DNA of 63,998 nucleotides, filler included, from Pseudovirgaria hyperparasitica (lineage: Eukaryota), in assembly GCA_010093815.1 (NCBI GenBank). It is 8 parts of 5 records of this genome, joined end to end, with 100 filler letters (N's around TTAATTAATTAA, not from the genome) between each part and the next. Parts side by side here need not be neighbours in the genome. Positions count along the whole stretch, not along the records: positions 22,130 to 47,459 come from ML996599.1; positions 47,560 to 50,837 come from ML996599.1; positions 50,938 to 58,942 come from ML996600.1; 5 more parts are not named here. The stretch is one strand, 5' to 3'. This document shows positions 37,371-51,153 of the stretch, piece after piece; positions within the stretch are counted from its first letter, which is position 1; each line of letters starts with the position of its first letter. Made by a program: the position numbers and the translations under genes. The notes beneath the pieces are model-generated. The model made no database searches, was not told where the DNA came from, and was given only the letters and a program-made list of their open reading frames with translations.

Positions 37371-39660
37371 CTGGATTTTGTGATCGATTTACGTAACGGC
37401 GACAGATTTCGCCTGGGTCGCACTAGAATGGTCAGTCGAGCTATGGCTCTGGAAAAGTGGACTGCTCCTACTTCATCTGTCTGAATCATGCAGGGCCAAC
37501 CGACAGGTGCTTTCCGGTCTGTAACGAAATTATCCTTCGAGGCGGAGCTAGCCCCTTGCCATGTAGGACCCGGATTCGAGAACGACAATGGTAGAGGAGG
37601 CATAAGCCTAATAATAGTGATGTATAGCCTCGAAAACAGTCCGCAAAAAGGTCTCGAAATTTATAGTGCATAATCTATCACGGGTCTAGCTAGGTATATT
37701 ATATACTACCTTCTCTAAGTCTCTGCTTATAGCTCTATTCATTAATTCTTCTAAAAAATAATAAGTTAGAAAGATAGAAAGCGTCTATAGCTATAATCTG
37801 ATACTAATCTCCATTATATACTAGAGGTTTAGAAAAGAGATCTAAGAAAATAGGATCGTGTCTCTGTGTAGTGGCAGCATTGCTACTGGATTACCCTCCA
37901 CGGCAGGCGCCTAAAGATGACTTCGGAGAGAGCAAGATATTAGACACGACTTGTGAATTGGGTTGGAGGAGGGATGGACGAAGTGAGAAATGTGCCTCTG
38001 TTTGGTACTTTTGATCATGAATAGCGAGGGCAGCACTTTACGGTTCTTTCTCCAAAGGCGTACGTACCATGACCATAATTGAAAGTTAAGCATGAGAAAC
38101 AATACAACGTCATCACCGTAGATATGTGGACAGACATCACCATGTACCTGCTTGCTGACGGACATCAGTTTGCTTGTAGGTCCAGGTCCCCTTTGCCATC
38201 AGACGGCCTGACGCCCCTGAGACCGTACTGTCGATTTGTGGTTTTGGTTGCTTCTCATGATTAGATGGAGACATGAGGGTAATAATGTAGGACAATTTCA
38301 CGTGCTGTGAGGAGCTTCATAACGAAGGGAGAATGAGTGTGATGAAAGGTAGTTTTACGATGCTGGGGGGCTTTGTAGCCAAGCATGGTGCCAACCTCGA
38401 GGGGGGCGACTCCGTTCACCAGCTGGAAAGCGTTTCACAACCCCAGTGGAATGCTCTAGCAGAGAACGACACCCCCAGCCTACCCGCAGAGACTGCTTTT
38501 CCCGTTTGGGGGACGCAGAAACGACACTCTGGACCTTGATTAGTCCGTTTTCAAATGGCATGGGTCGACCAGGCATGCCTGAGAGCAAGGGGGCTTCGAG
38601 CGCCGCATAAGGTGCCATTGTCTTGCCGCACCACCTCATACAGTCCCTCAGTACAGACTTCGATTCCAACGCAAGCGTCCAAGAAGAGACCCACTCGTTA
38701 CACCTTGTCAGTTGGCTATGCTTCACCAGCACCACTGAAATCGAGTCTCACCAGAGGAAGGCGGAGTGGATACCATATCGTGACGGCTGATAGGTACGCT
38801 GCCGTATATGCGAGCGGACAGTCCGCACATTCCGCCCTTGCTGAAGGCTCGCCATCCATGAATCAGTCTCCGGAAGGGCCACGCTACACCCTTCCCCTGC
38901 CACTACTGGCGTCTTCGGTACCAGTATTCCCGACCACACAGAACCAGGCTCTAGCCTGAATTACAGCCCCACTTCTTCAGTCGCTTGTCTCAGGGTTAGT
39001 GTGACGGTATCATGATGTTCCTTGGTAACCAGAACGGTCCGATCTGTAGCGCCGGGCACATCTGTGCGTGCATGTGTAGTAGGCCAATAGTGCGTCGATT
39101 GTTCTGAGTCTCCGACGACTGAGCTCACGATGGTCCCATGTCAGGTGGCAAGAACCTTAGGCCCACAGAGATCTCACTTCATACCGGACATAGACACTCT
39201 GTAGTGCTCAGTGGGCGATCAGGGCTGGAACTCCATTTCGTTGTGCAGGGATATCCGGAAGGATGCGATTTGCCAGAGTGAAGCTGCTCTTAGCATGGAC
39301 ATAGACTGCAGTGATACTGATCGTTCACCAGACTGGACACACAGACTCCGTAGCCACAATCGTTGGTGGCAGGTACCATTGCAACCATTGCGTTGATTAC
39401 TGCTTTAGCCCAGTCATTGGTGGAAGTTCTTTGATGCTTTTGCCGTGACTGCTATTCAACAACAACTTCCTACATCTTTTGTTCCGGTAGACTAAATACG
39501 TCTGCAAGCCTGATAGGTATTTGTGGCATAAAGTTGTCCTCATGACGATGCGTTCTACCATATACCGTACGGACCAGTGATGCTATTCGACTCGAGTCTT
39601 GGAAATCCAAGTCCCACGACTGTTATCCGGCTTCACGTTAGTTAATTTTCGGTATCAAAG

Positions 39661-39946
39661 ATGTCCCAATATCCAGAGGCTCCGAATCCCAATCAGGCCC
39701 ATTACACGCCTATATATCCTGACATCGAGCCTTCACTCGCCGACCCGTCCTTGCAATCGAACTACACGAACACAACTCTCCTATCGAGCAAGCCGCGCAA
39801 CAAGCCGCTCAAGCACAACAGACGGCCCAGCAAGCTCAACAGCAAGCTGGACTCAACATCAGCAGCATCATTATGACGGACAGGCGCCCCAGAAATCCAA
39901 TCGACTGCGCAAAGCATGCGATTCCTGTAGCATTCGAATGGTGAAG
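39661..39946 (+). pseudogene. First exon of a Zn2Cys6 transcription factor, frameshifted, rest missing
   Basis: MSQYPEAP..IYPDIEPSL, Q/A-rich tract, then QKSNRLRKACDSCSIRMVK|GTAAGC donor. No second half of the cluster downstream. Confidence 0.7.
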
Positions 39947-42900
39947 GTAAGCTTGTAGTCGATGACGGTTGCAAAAATATGAAATGGTGTAAGGAGTCAT
40001 GAGTGTATTGGTAGTTCCACAAGGTAGCACTTACGGCATGATTAGACTAAAGGAGGAAAAGGAAAAGCTGCGTTGTATTGAGGCGGTGGAAGCTCTTCAG
40101 CCGGGGTAAAGCCACTCTTGGCAGCAATCTGTTGCCAAGAGCGTCTTTACCCCGGCCTAGCGTGTCTATACTAGTGCAGGATCATATTGCACTACACCAT
40201 ATATAGCTTTGATAATCCTTTTCGAGTTAGTCGCAGAGAGCATGACCGCTCCTCCGAAGCAGCACATATACGCGTAACTGCCTTCGTGCTATCCGTACTG
40301 CGGATAAATACTCGTGATGTGTACATGATGAATAACAAAGTATGTACAGCAATGGGGCCAAGGAAGGTGGTAAGGAGGGCAAGGTTCCTATAGAGCCAAT
40401 CAACGGTGTAGAAGACGTTAAGATGACTTCACATTTCTTAGTGGCTAAATATTTCTAGCGCGGAGTCGGCACAACACCCACAGCCACGTACGGCTCGACC
40501 TACCTGATGATGACCTTACGCCTCTCCTTCCCTGTCTCAGCAAGGCGAGTTTTATGACGCAGAGTTAGCACATAGCTCAAGTAATGCACTAAAGCGGGGG
40601 AAGAGCGCGGGGAAAGGCGACACCGAGATGTGAGATCAGCTTGGGGGAAGGGGTTGGGGACAAACCCCACGATCACCGACAGAGTCATATACCCGTGGTG
40701 GCTGCCGGGGCAAGGTTGTAGCCTGCTTGATACCGAACATAATACACACGCTGCAGTGGCGACCTGACGACTAACGAATTTCTTTCCCAATGCTCGCCGT
40801 AGGCCTGTAAAATGTCCGTCTTCTTCATAGCCAACGAGATATAGGGGGCTCCGGACGACTCGAAAAGTCCAAGGATCTTGTGTGCGGCATCCCAGAGCTG
40901 GTGCGGTAGTCCATGTGAGTACAGACTTGCTCAGAAGATGAACGCCATGCCGTGGGGAAGTCCAAAACCAAGCCATGGATCAGAACGTCTGTGACCACTA
41001 CTGAAAGAGCGACAGAGTACATTAGGATATATATGTGACCCACAATCTTTGACCGGTCAGTCACCGCTATTCGGCGAACTCGCTAGTTGCCTGTTGTTTG
41101 CCTCGTTTCAGTATACTATAGTATGCCTCCGCAGTTATGCTCTCAGGCAAACGTGCCCCTACCAGGAATCGAACCGAACGCATCGAAGGATGATGGTATG
41201 TGTGAGCTCTTGACCGTGGAAGACTCTAACTTCCTTAAGGTATTCTTATCAACCTTCCATTCAAACGCCTATTCACAACTTGCTGGGCCTTAATGTCATG
41301 CGTTAACGGGCGAAAAAAGAGAGCGACCGACGACGTTAAGGAGAAAGGGCATGATCAGACAACATCGCAGCCCTGGCGATGTGACTCATCCCAAATCGAA
41401 AAGGATCGAGGTATCGCGTCTCGCTTCCCTACCTGTGCTGCGGTATACAATACTATGACGAGTCCCTACTAGGTGACCACTTCATGCACCACTACTCGTC
41501 TGAAGACCGCGTCGAAAAGTGTACTCCATCTCTGTGGTTTAAGAATCCACGTAAGCAGGCAATCGATGCTCTTCTTCGGACAGACGCTGAAGCGGAGGGA
41601 GCAATGGCGCAACCACCACCTGAGCCATATGCAGGGTCCCAATTGCGCGCCTGAGATGGCTTAGTGCAGATGACAAATTCAAGATCCGAAAACCCTGGTA
41701 CGACGCCATCCAGGTCGCCGACAACTGCGAGCAAGATTTAAGGATTTGTTGGGTCGACAAGGCAAAGGAGCCGGGCATTACCTTGATGAACTACATTGCT
41801 TTTTGGAGCATGGATCCTTATTGGGGCATGAATCCATCATACTCCAGTTTGTCATAGCATTTCAGAGTTTTGCTCCTTAAGAGCTGCTGATATACGTCGT
41901 TGTCTTTAGCTCACTCGTCATAGCGTTTATCTTCCCTCTACATGGATTATCGAACAAGCTCCAAAACCTAAGCCGCTTTGTTTACAGGTGGTTGCAGACG
42001 TTTGGTGTCACAATTGTGCGACGACAAAATGATATTGGATCTTTTTAGGTCTCTGACAAAACCAAAGCCAGGGCATTGCAGGGCACATGGGCATAAGGGC
42101 TGACGATATTATGTTACTCGTCGTCCATCGACATCGAGTAGGGACTAGACCGAGGACAAGGTAGACTCATCCGATGGGAGGCCAGTGAGCTGGCGTCCCG
42201 CGATCGAGTAGCGATAACTGACCGGTCAAATACTTGCAACTCATTCTCGACAACAGCGGATAGTCTCATTGAACCTAGTTAGTGGCTTTATGCACAGCGA
42301 AGGATAAATTAAATATCACTGCACCTTATCCGTGCTTCATGGCCACTTGTTATTATTAACCAGGGATCTTCGAAATAGATTGGTATGTCAATGGATGAAC
42401 GTTGCCGGGTGCGTGGCCTAACCTGTCATGAGGACGCCAGTCACATCATTATATTCGTGACGTGCTCGAAAGCTGACTGGGAGTTCGACATTGGTTCTAA
42501 TGCAAGCCTGGGGGGGCCACTAGCAAAGTACCTCCATCGTATAGGCAACATCAAGGAACAGCCTGTAGGGGTGGATGCTACAGGTGAGGAGCTAACTTAA
42601 TCTACGAGTGGAACGAGCCAGTGGCCCCCCCAGGCTTGCATTAGAACCAATGTCGAACTCCCAGTCAGCTTTCGAGCACGCTCTGGACCAGGAGGAGAAC
42701 ATCGACTCCCCAGGGCCCTCACAGGGACTTCCTTTTGATCCTTCATACGACTGTTGGCCCGCCAGAGCAATGCATGAACGAGGCGTTGGTATTCCTTTAC
42801 TGTTTGAATCATGGCTGGGGTGCTAAGAATCATGCAGAGCCCCTGAATTCTTTCAAGCGATTGACATGCCCACCCCGTGGTTTCTCTTGGCAGCCGTCTG

Positions 42901-44120
42901 TCTCTCGCACGGTCGTTTGGAATACACAAGAGCGATAACGGCACACAAGCCGCAAAGTTTTTGCATTGACGTCTGGTTTGGCTCGTGTCTCAGCGACTCC
43001 TCGTAATCACCTAAGCGCCGCTTACACCGAATCACTAAGACGGGCGGGACAGAACGGACGCTAGGATAGCATAGAACCCACGCAGTATTCAATCTATATG
43101 GGTCGAGGAATCGTTCGTGCTAGGGTTATGGTACGGGTGCATACCCACATCACGCGAAGTCTTGCGTGTAAAGGTAATAACGGCCCGCACATCAAACTCG
43201 CCGACCTCTGCTCCCAGTCGCTTAGCATCATCCTCTACAGCCATGGCTTCTACAATGCTTACTTGTGAATCACGATAAGGGACAGGGGTACTGGAGCTAT
43301 GTGCGGAGTCGGCACACCACCCGGGTCTGAGGTGCCTGTGACCGATGAGGGTGATGCCCGCACTACTTCGTGTCTTTTTCATGATAACTCCGTAAAAGTG
43401 ACACAATAAATCGTGAGTGTGATCTTTATAAGCAGCTGCATTGCGGCCTGCAAAGTTGGTAGGGTTGTCATGGCCAGCCACCAGTGAAGATACATCCCGA
43501 TCAATTAGAACTCTTCTCGGAACCTGACCCACCAGTCGCTTGCGCACTGTACAACAACAAATGGATGTGGATCCATTCACGGAAGGCCTGTGCCGCTTCC
43601 GAGCCCGAACACATAACTCTCCATAACTCGCTACGGCTGAGCAAAAAGAGCGCAATGCGTGTATGCAGAGAACGATCGATCAAGAGGGCTTCTGTCTGAC
43701 CGGTCGCAGCAAGTCACACATGAATCCTTGATACACAACCCCTTCTGAGCACTCACCCCTTGTCATAAGTCGATTTAATCCTGCTTAATCGTACTCACCT
43801 GCTCCTGGGCGAAAAATACTTGCTGCTCAAAAAATGTCAATTTTGAACTCCAACCATACCTAAAATGAGCAAGTTCATCCATCCCGAAGCCACAATTCGT
43901 CGTTTGCCTAGAACCTGACTCTCTTGGCATTCGCATGTCGCGCTATGTCTCCCCCACCCAAATTTACGTGAGACGGACATATTCTGGCATTTTGTCGTAT
44001 ACTCGTCGCCAACGCGTTGCTGTTACCGATTACACGTATTCGGTAGATTATTGAGGCTATCTAGTAGTTAGTATACCTATTATATAATATATTTCTGGTG
44101 TTTTCGACTCATAGTCGCGT

Positions 44121-45230
44121 ATAGTGGGCCTACCTAGTAAGGCGTACGACGCGAGTACCTATCGCCGAATTGACTTCCTCCTTGAGCACGACGTGCCCTC
44201 TACTATTACCGCAGAGAAGTCTTAAGTATCTATCTCGACAGTCAATCGTGTGAGGTATAATCTTACTACGTATGGCCAGCGAAATAAGCCTCTATCCGCG
44301 AAGACGAGTGGTCGTAAGACTATCCTTAGTGATCGCGTAATGGGATTACTATTCGAGCACCTACTCCAGGAGGGATGGCTATACCTTGATGAGATAGTAA
44401 AATGGGTATATGAAGAGCTCGAGATAGTAACCTCACCATCTACTATCTTAAAGCAGCTGAAGAAGAGAGGGTGGACTAGGAGTCTACTATAGCGTATTTA
44501 TTCCTAACGCTCTAAGGTTACGCGTCGTTCCTATCGTGAGGATATTGCTCGGCTACCTACTGATCGCCTTGTATTCATTAATGAGGTTATCTTTAACGAG
44601 AAAACGGGATAGAGGAGACGAGGTAGAGCTCCTCGTGGAGAGACTCCTAGGTAATTTACGAGGATCAATCGAGGCCCTACGTATAGCGTATATGGTGCTA
44701 TCTCCGTTGATGGCTTCGTTACCTATAGTATTAAGAAAGGTTACTATAATAAGCAAGAGTTCATCGACTGGCTAGAGGTATACCTATTCCCTAGCCTATA
44801 AGAGAAGTACCCTAATTAGGCTATGGTTATCATCATAGATAATCTCTCTCTTCATACCGACGACGACGTTACTCCTATGGTTGCTGCAGCTGGTCATACT
44901 CTTCGATATACACCGCCTTACTCACCTAATTATAATCCTATTGAGTTAGTATGGGCAGTCCTAAAGGCGTGGATTCGAAGGTAGTACCTATTTATACGTG
45001 AGCAGTCATACAACTTCGAGGAGTTCTTACACCGCGCCTTTAAGGATAGCTGCTACGATCAGTTCGCTCTCCGCTTCTTTAAGCATGCGGCTAACGGTTG
45101 GTATATTGATGAAACGCTACGAGAGCGTATTATCGCGGATTTGAAGCAGTTTGAGCGTGGTAGAAGGTGTGGTTTTGCGGCAGAAGTGAGGGATATTAGT
45201 CAACTTTTTATAGTACTCTTCACTGACTAA
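44121..45230 (+). pseudogene. DD34E Tc1-like transposase (RIP stops)
   Basis: HTH region (LYLDEIVKWVYEELEIVTSPSTILKQLKKRGW), LVFI(D)E, then IIDNLSLH-...-PPYSPNYNPIE with 34 residues between D and E. Confidence 0.9.
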
Positions 45231-45328
45231 CGTCACGTCGTTCTCGCTTATATTCATAGGGAGGAGGTATACTCATTTATATATATACGTATTTAATATG
45301 AACTTCGCAGCATCTCTACTTAAAAACC

Positions 45329-47104
45329 TTATATAGCCCTAGAAGCGAGTCCATGGAGTGCCTTCGCTGCTTCCTCCTGCTCTACTACCTTAAGATTACC
45401 CTTATACTCATGAAGATAGCGACGAGCATCCAATACTATGCTTAATAGGACGCCATACGCCTTCGCTGCGTAGTGATGAGTAGTTCCAGGACGAGTAATC
45501 TCTTTAACCTGCCTATACTAATAACAGTTATCAACTACGTACTCGCGGAGTAACCTAATCCCGTCCTTCGTCCTCGTATGAGTTTCCTTCGCATATCGCC
45601 ATTTGAGTACTAACTGAACCACGTCAGCCTAATGAAGTTCTAGTTGAGTAGGGCTACTATATGGTGCTGGATTTGTCGTCTCTAGCGGCGTCGATAGACG
45701 AGGGCGCTGACTCTCAACCTCACGAGTCGGCGACGGTGACGTATATGGCGGTGGAATACCTGGTGGATATAGAGGCACACGTGAGGCGAATATAGGATTG
45801 AATCTAGCCTGTTAAAGTTGAGCCTGCCTCATCTGCTCATCAAAACGTTGACGCTTAGCCCTTTCCTCATCCTTTGCTCTTCTATCTTCTTGACGGTACT
45901 GAAGCTCATCAATCGCTACTTAAACCTTCTGAGTCTGGAGTTGCTTAGTAAGGGTGGCGAGGTCGACTTGTCTAGATATACCTGACTTCTTTGCTGACTT
46001 TCTCTCATAGGGTTTGGATACGAGTTGCTTCATTACACCCACAGGAGGATCCTCAACGGAGGCTCCAGCAATACCAGTAGTAATAGCATGTGCCCATGGC
46101 TCTGTCGACGCGCGTTCAATCTTGTAATAAAGACGACCAGATGAGGATGGGACGATAAAACAGTGGCCTCGCTTATTAGTACAACTAACGTCCGTACAAC
46201 GGTAAGTTAACTCTATTGTACTAATTATCTCGATCCGTTTTAGGCCAGCTTCCTTCCTCTGCTGAGCCTCGTTATATATAATCGCGGCACGCCCTCTTAA
46301 TGGAGTCTCTATATTCGGCGAACTTCGAAGTCCTGTACCTAGCGATGGTGTAGGAGAGTCACGGTGACGAGTACGTTGAGGTTACTAAAGAGGTTTCTTA
46401 CCCTAGGACTCGCACTTCACGCTATCCTCAAAGGTAATTATAATAACCTCATCCTTCGTATTGGCGAGCGAGTGGATCTCGTCTATGACTATATAGACTC
46501 TCTCCCAGCTAATAATCGACTAGTCATTGATAGCGAGAGTCCTCCGCTGTTTCTTCCTTATACCAAGGCTATATACTACCTGGCGAGTATTAAAGGCCCA
46601 GTCGTTAGTACTGAGTCTCGTACTAATCAAGTCGTTGATTGTACTCTCGTACACCTCACGTTCAAACGCACATCGCGGAACAGTAGTAAGTTCATCTGCC
46701 GCCTCGTTCTTTCTATTAACACGTAATCTCTAGGACACGTGGATCTTGTACGTCTCCTCTTCATCCTCTATAACCTCATCCTATTCGCTATCTACAGGAT
46801 CCATAGGAGGAGGAGGAGGAGGAGGAGGAGGAGGAGGAGGAGGAGGAGGGGATGGGGACGAGGAGACAGATGGAGGAGCAGGTATAGCCTTAGGAGGCGC
46901 CGAAATGTCGACAACACGTGGTTTTTTCGGCGCCGCGGTACGTTTACGAGCTTGTTTCTTCGCCATTGCCCTCGCAGCAGCAGCCTCTACTAATTTAGTA
47001 ATAGATTTACGCTGACGAGGAGGAGGAGGAGGAGGAGGTTCGACTAACGCGTCTGTCGTGAACTAAACGCTTCGAGCGGGTTTTTTCGACCTAGAGGAGG
47101 GCAT
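45329..47104 (-). pseudogene. ORF2 of the Tc1-like element (~590 codons): poly-Pro N-terminus and a C-x4-C-xN-x4-C..H..WA.AI..G.....PP domain
   Basis: ATG 47104 and TAA 45329 share a frame, with RIP-type internal stops. Contains RCTDVSCTNKRGHCFIV..L(H)YKI..EPWAHAITTGIAGASVEDPP. Confidence 0.7.
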
Positions 47105-47679
47105 ATAGGTAAAAAAAATACGTGGAGACTCAACACTAAGTATATTGACTAATATTCGATAGTATACGTATATTTAGACCTCATGTGGCGACGAGTATAC
47201 GACAAAATGCCAGAATATGTCCGTCTCACGTAAATTTGGGTGGGGGAGACATAGCGCGACATGCGAATGCCAAGAGAGTCAGGTTCTAGGCAAACGACGA
47301 ATCCCTTAGCTCCACGCCGTCTTATAGTCCTCCACTCGGGTTTCAACCTGGAGGTGAGATGAAATTTCAAACAGTCGATTGAATATGGGGGTATTGGAGG
47401 TCAGAAAGGTCAAAAAACGATTCAAATCCCCTAAAACACCTGATCGTGGTTTTAGAGGTNNNNNNNNNNNNNNNNNNNNNNNNNNNNNNNNNNNNNNNNN
47501 NNNTTAATTAATTAANNNNNNNNNNNNNNNNNNNNNNNNNNNNNNNNNNNNNNNNNNNNTATTGCTCACGGCTGTCGGAGAATCGAGTCCTTGGCAATTC
47601 AGGAGTACAAAATCTCAATTTGTTCAATACCTCCTAGCATACTACCCGTCCCACGCACTTCGAAGTTGTAACCTATGTA

Positions 47680-48067
47680 CATATGCACTTCAACGGTACT
47701 ATATAGATAATATATTTAAATATAATAATACCACCATGCCTAAAGTCCCTTACACGTACTAAAATAAGGAGGAGAAGGTCTAATCTACCATTCGTGACTT
47801 TCGGAACGCGAAATTTAGATTATTAGCGGCCTCAGCGCGTCATTATCGCGTTATTATCACGTAATATACGCGTCGCGTCTAATATTATAATCATAGGCTC
47901 GAAAATAGGCTATGGAAGTGCCTACTATGGAGAAATATAACTAGAACATGAGTACTTAACCCCTAGATAACTAGGAAGAAGTTAACGAGTAATAAATATA
48001 CAGTATTAGCTATATAGACGTCGCTATCTTTATTTTATATATATATAGTACCGTTGAAGTGCATATG
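47680..48067 (+). mobile_element. Non-autonomous pogo/Fot1-like element (MITE-sized), TA TSD
   Basis: 26-bp TIR CATATGCACTTCAACGGTACTATATA flanked by TA. Retains the transposase start MPKVPYTY(Q)NKEEKV(Q)STIRDFRNAKF..ASARHYRV. Confidence 0.85.
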
Positions 48068-49019
48068 TACAGTTCAAGTCGGGAGCACTTAGGAGGACAC
48101 TGGTTTTAGCATAGACACCCCTAGAGAAGGCCTTGCACGGTCGCCTGGAAAGGGCAAGGCGATGTTAACTTTATTGAGGAGTTTTTTGTCCGTGCTTGAA
48201 CAGCCCATGATTGTGTCAGGCCCAGAGGCAGCATTTCGAACACTTGTATAGAGGTAAAGTAGCGTCTAGCTCTGAGTCGACCATGGATTCAGTGCAGATA
48301 CGACTGCGGTAGATCGACGACAGTTGCTAATTATAATTCTCAACACAAGTATCAATAGCGCCAGATCCCACCAGATCGCCTACCGCCGAAACGGTGGGTG
48401 TCTGCGTTGGTATCACTTAAACTTGAGTGCATGAGGGACTGGAGAATCCGAGTCCACAATCGTAGTCCCCCCTCCCCCGTCCTTACCCACTGCTGTGTAT
48501 CTCCAGTCTTCCTAGTCCCACGACAACCAAACTTTATCCCCAACCGCTATTATCATGAGAGGTTGGCGAAGTGCTCTATTGCCCTTAAGTTGGATAGTAT
48601 TCAATTATATATTGGGGGTTATTACGCGACTGTAAGACTGCCAACTTTGATATATGCACTCGACTAACTCTATAAGACGGTGGCAAGATGGCCATGGACA
48701 TGATGAGAGAGAGAGAAGCGAAGTTTGATTGACTATGGGCTTTGCGAACCTGCTGCTATGGAACCGTGGGCCCCATTGTATAGCGCAGGACATTTATCTG
48801 ATAATCAACGAAGTTCTCCAGACAGAATTTCCACGAGAGCAGTGAATGTGATTTTCAGCTGTTCCTCGTCCGCATTAATCGTGCGATCTGGTCGGTTCTC
48901 TAGTAGTAAAGATTCAAAGTCTTATACACGGTGCTTCGGATCTTTCCGACTCTGAGTTTTGGGATGAGAGTGAAGTAGACGCAGCCTCTAGTCCAGCCGT
49001 GGCAGCAGCGTTTAGTTAG

Positions 49020-49400
49020 AACAGCAGAGCGCCACGGAACACCCATCTCCGGTGCAATCTTCTGCCACATTTCTTCTTTGAAGCTAAGATTGTTCTGCGG
49101 CGATTCATCGACTAGTGGCGTTTGTGATGCTGTGCGCTTGATGGAGAGGCTTCGTAGAGGTGGAGAAGGCAATCCAGAGTGACCTGAGTTGTAGTGAGGC
49201 GGACCGTTATGATGGGCACCGAAAGATAGGGGTTGAAAGGCGTTGTTATGGTGAAGCTTTTTAGGTTGTTGCAGGGGCTGAATAGATAGAGAATGTGGAA
49301 AAGGTTGCAGATTTGATATATGCAGGAGCTGGTACGTAGGAGATTGATGAGCAGAGGTCGCAGTTGGCGAAACGACGGATAGAGAGGTTGGTGTCGCATA
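49020..49400 (-). pseudogene. Rearranged fragment of a fungal Myb-domain protein
   Basis: GLPSPPLRSLSIKR..FKEEMWQKIAPEMGVPWRSA. The Myb repeats in between appear deleted. Confidence 0.5.
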
Positions 49401-49727
49401 TGCCCCGGCAGGCGTGCAGTGCGGAGTTGAAGTCGACGTCGAAGTCGGCTCAAGTCTGCTTACGCGGGCCGCGGAGCTCGTCGAAGAGGTGGTATGCTTA
49501 TTGGCAGCAGGCTGAGTCTCGCGACTCGAGAAAAGGAGTCGCAGTGTAGCAGTGTTCAACAGCCAGTTCTCGACTATGCCGAATCCTTGCGCGCCCTCCT
49601 CTCCTACGTTCACTTTCTACCCACACCATACCGACGTGAGATACCTGGTCGACCAGCAAGTGTTCATGCGCTCAACCGAAAAGATAAACAAGCCGCATAT
49701 GCCGGCTACAGAGCGCCTAAGAATATA

Positions 49728-50837
49728 ATACATGAGACTGACTTCTCCAAGCGTCATAAATGGCGGAATGGTTTTCGGATGCCTTTGAGCTTTATATCTA
49801 TGACGGACTGTGCGAAATCTCTCGGAGATCTTGCTGCTCATACATTCACATCATCGGCTACCCTATCTCTTCTCTGAACCAATTTAAACTTCTTGGAACG
49901 GGGGCAAGTCTCGAATAGTTTTGGAGTTACGTGAATCGGAATGGGGTAGTTCTGGTCCTGTTGGCCTTGTTAGTACATTCTCCCAGATGATCAGCGCCTT
50001 CATCTTACCAGCATCTTCAGATCTGTCAGCCAAGAGACACCGTCCTTATGACGATGAAGATATCTGCGCCATAATTCTAAATATAGCATCATACTGTATT
50101 GCACGCGGACGCCTTTGAAATCGTAATCTTTTTTGGTAGCACATCGTTAGCATAGACCACGAAGCATGTTCGACGATAACTGCGCAAGGATGATTCTAAG
50201 TAATGTATAGTATAAAACCTGTTTGGTCAAGCTAGAGGACTGCTTGGGAGATACTTCGTACAACGATGGATGACCAGTCTTGCCGTCCGGGTATGAGTAT
50301 CTACAGCATCACGCCTCCAGAGAGCGAAGTTGCACTCTGCGCTGGTGGCCCTGACAACCCTAATGCTACTTGGGAGAATGGACCTTTCCTTCGAGCCCTA
50401 CACCGGCGATCTTATATCGAAACAACCTAGGGTCTGAACAGATGACAGCTGATTCCTCCGACTTGTTCGCTAACGTCAATAAATACTCCTTTGAGCCGAA
50501 CTTGGATCTTATATTAGACAGATCAGCTCCAGCTCTGTTCTACTCGGCTGGATGCTCGAGCATTTGACTTGGAAAAGAAGTCAGGTTCCTATCAAGGCAG
50601 GATTGACTGCCTGGAGGAGAAAGTAATTGCGCTAGAGGGAAGCAGAGAGTTGCTACAGCAAAGCAACTCGCAACTCGAAAAGCAGATGGATTCTGCATCA
50701 AAGCAGATCGACCGGCTCACGGAGCAGAACACGGCGCTCCGGTGGTAAGTTGACTGTGCTCTACCTGTCCCCGCATGAGGTCTCATGGGCTGATGGTACA
50801 CGAAGGGATCTCGATGGCGTAAAAACGTATCTCGAGC
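49728..50837 (+). repeat. Segmental duplication, copy A (paralog of 51058-51960 plus 53281-54041)
   Basis: Near-identical blocks by direct comparison. Confidence 0.9.
50267..50837 (+). pseudogene. Small coiled-coil protein gene, copy A (cut by linker)
   Basis: MDDQSC.. then GRIDCLEEKVIALEGSRELLQQSNSQLEKQMDSASKQIDRLTEQNTALR|GTAAGT intron. Confidence 0.45.
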
Positions 50838-51153
50838 NNNNNNNNNNNNNNNNNNNNNNNNNNNNNNNNNNNNNNNNNNNNTTAATTAATTAANNNNNNN
50901 NNNNNNNNNNNNNNNNNNNNNNNNNNNNNNNNNNNNNAGCAGGTAAGCCAGACATATCGCGTCAGCCTTTTCATTGGTCCACACGTACGCGATCTCTGCT
51001 ACGGAGATTACTTGTCCCAATGTCCTTATAACTCAGTGTGTGTCCCAGTCCGACATGATACATGAGACTGACTTCTCCAAGCGTCATAAACAGGCGAGAA
51101 AAAGCCACAACGGCCTTACAAACCCCTCAACTTGGCGGAATGGTTTTCGGATG

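Larger units (their letters stand above)
43895..47302. mobile_element. Two-gene Tc1/IS630-like DNA transposon with perfect 117-bp inverted repeats
   Basis: 43895-44011 is the exact reverse complement of 47186-47302. The repeats enclose a convergent transposase and ORF2. Light RIP. Confidence 0.9.

Noticed and set aside
38333..43699. Numerous overlapping 60-190-aa ORFs (38333-38959, 40500-41778, 42385-43699)
   Set aside because: No recognisable domain or consistent gene structure. They may be decayed genes but cannot be supported.
46739..47015. Poly-Arg and poly-Gly ORFs on the + strand
   Set aside because: Shadow frames of the (CCT)n poly-Pro tract of ORF2 on the minus strand.
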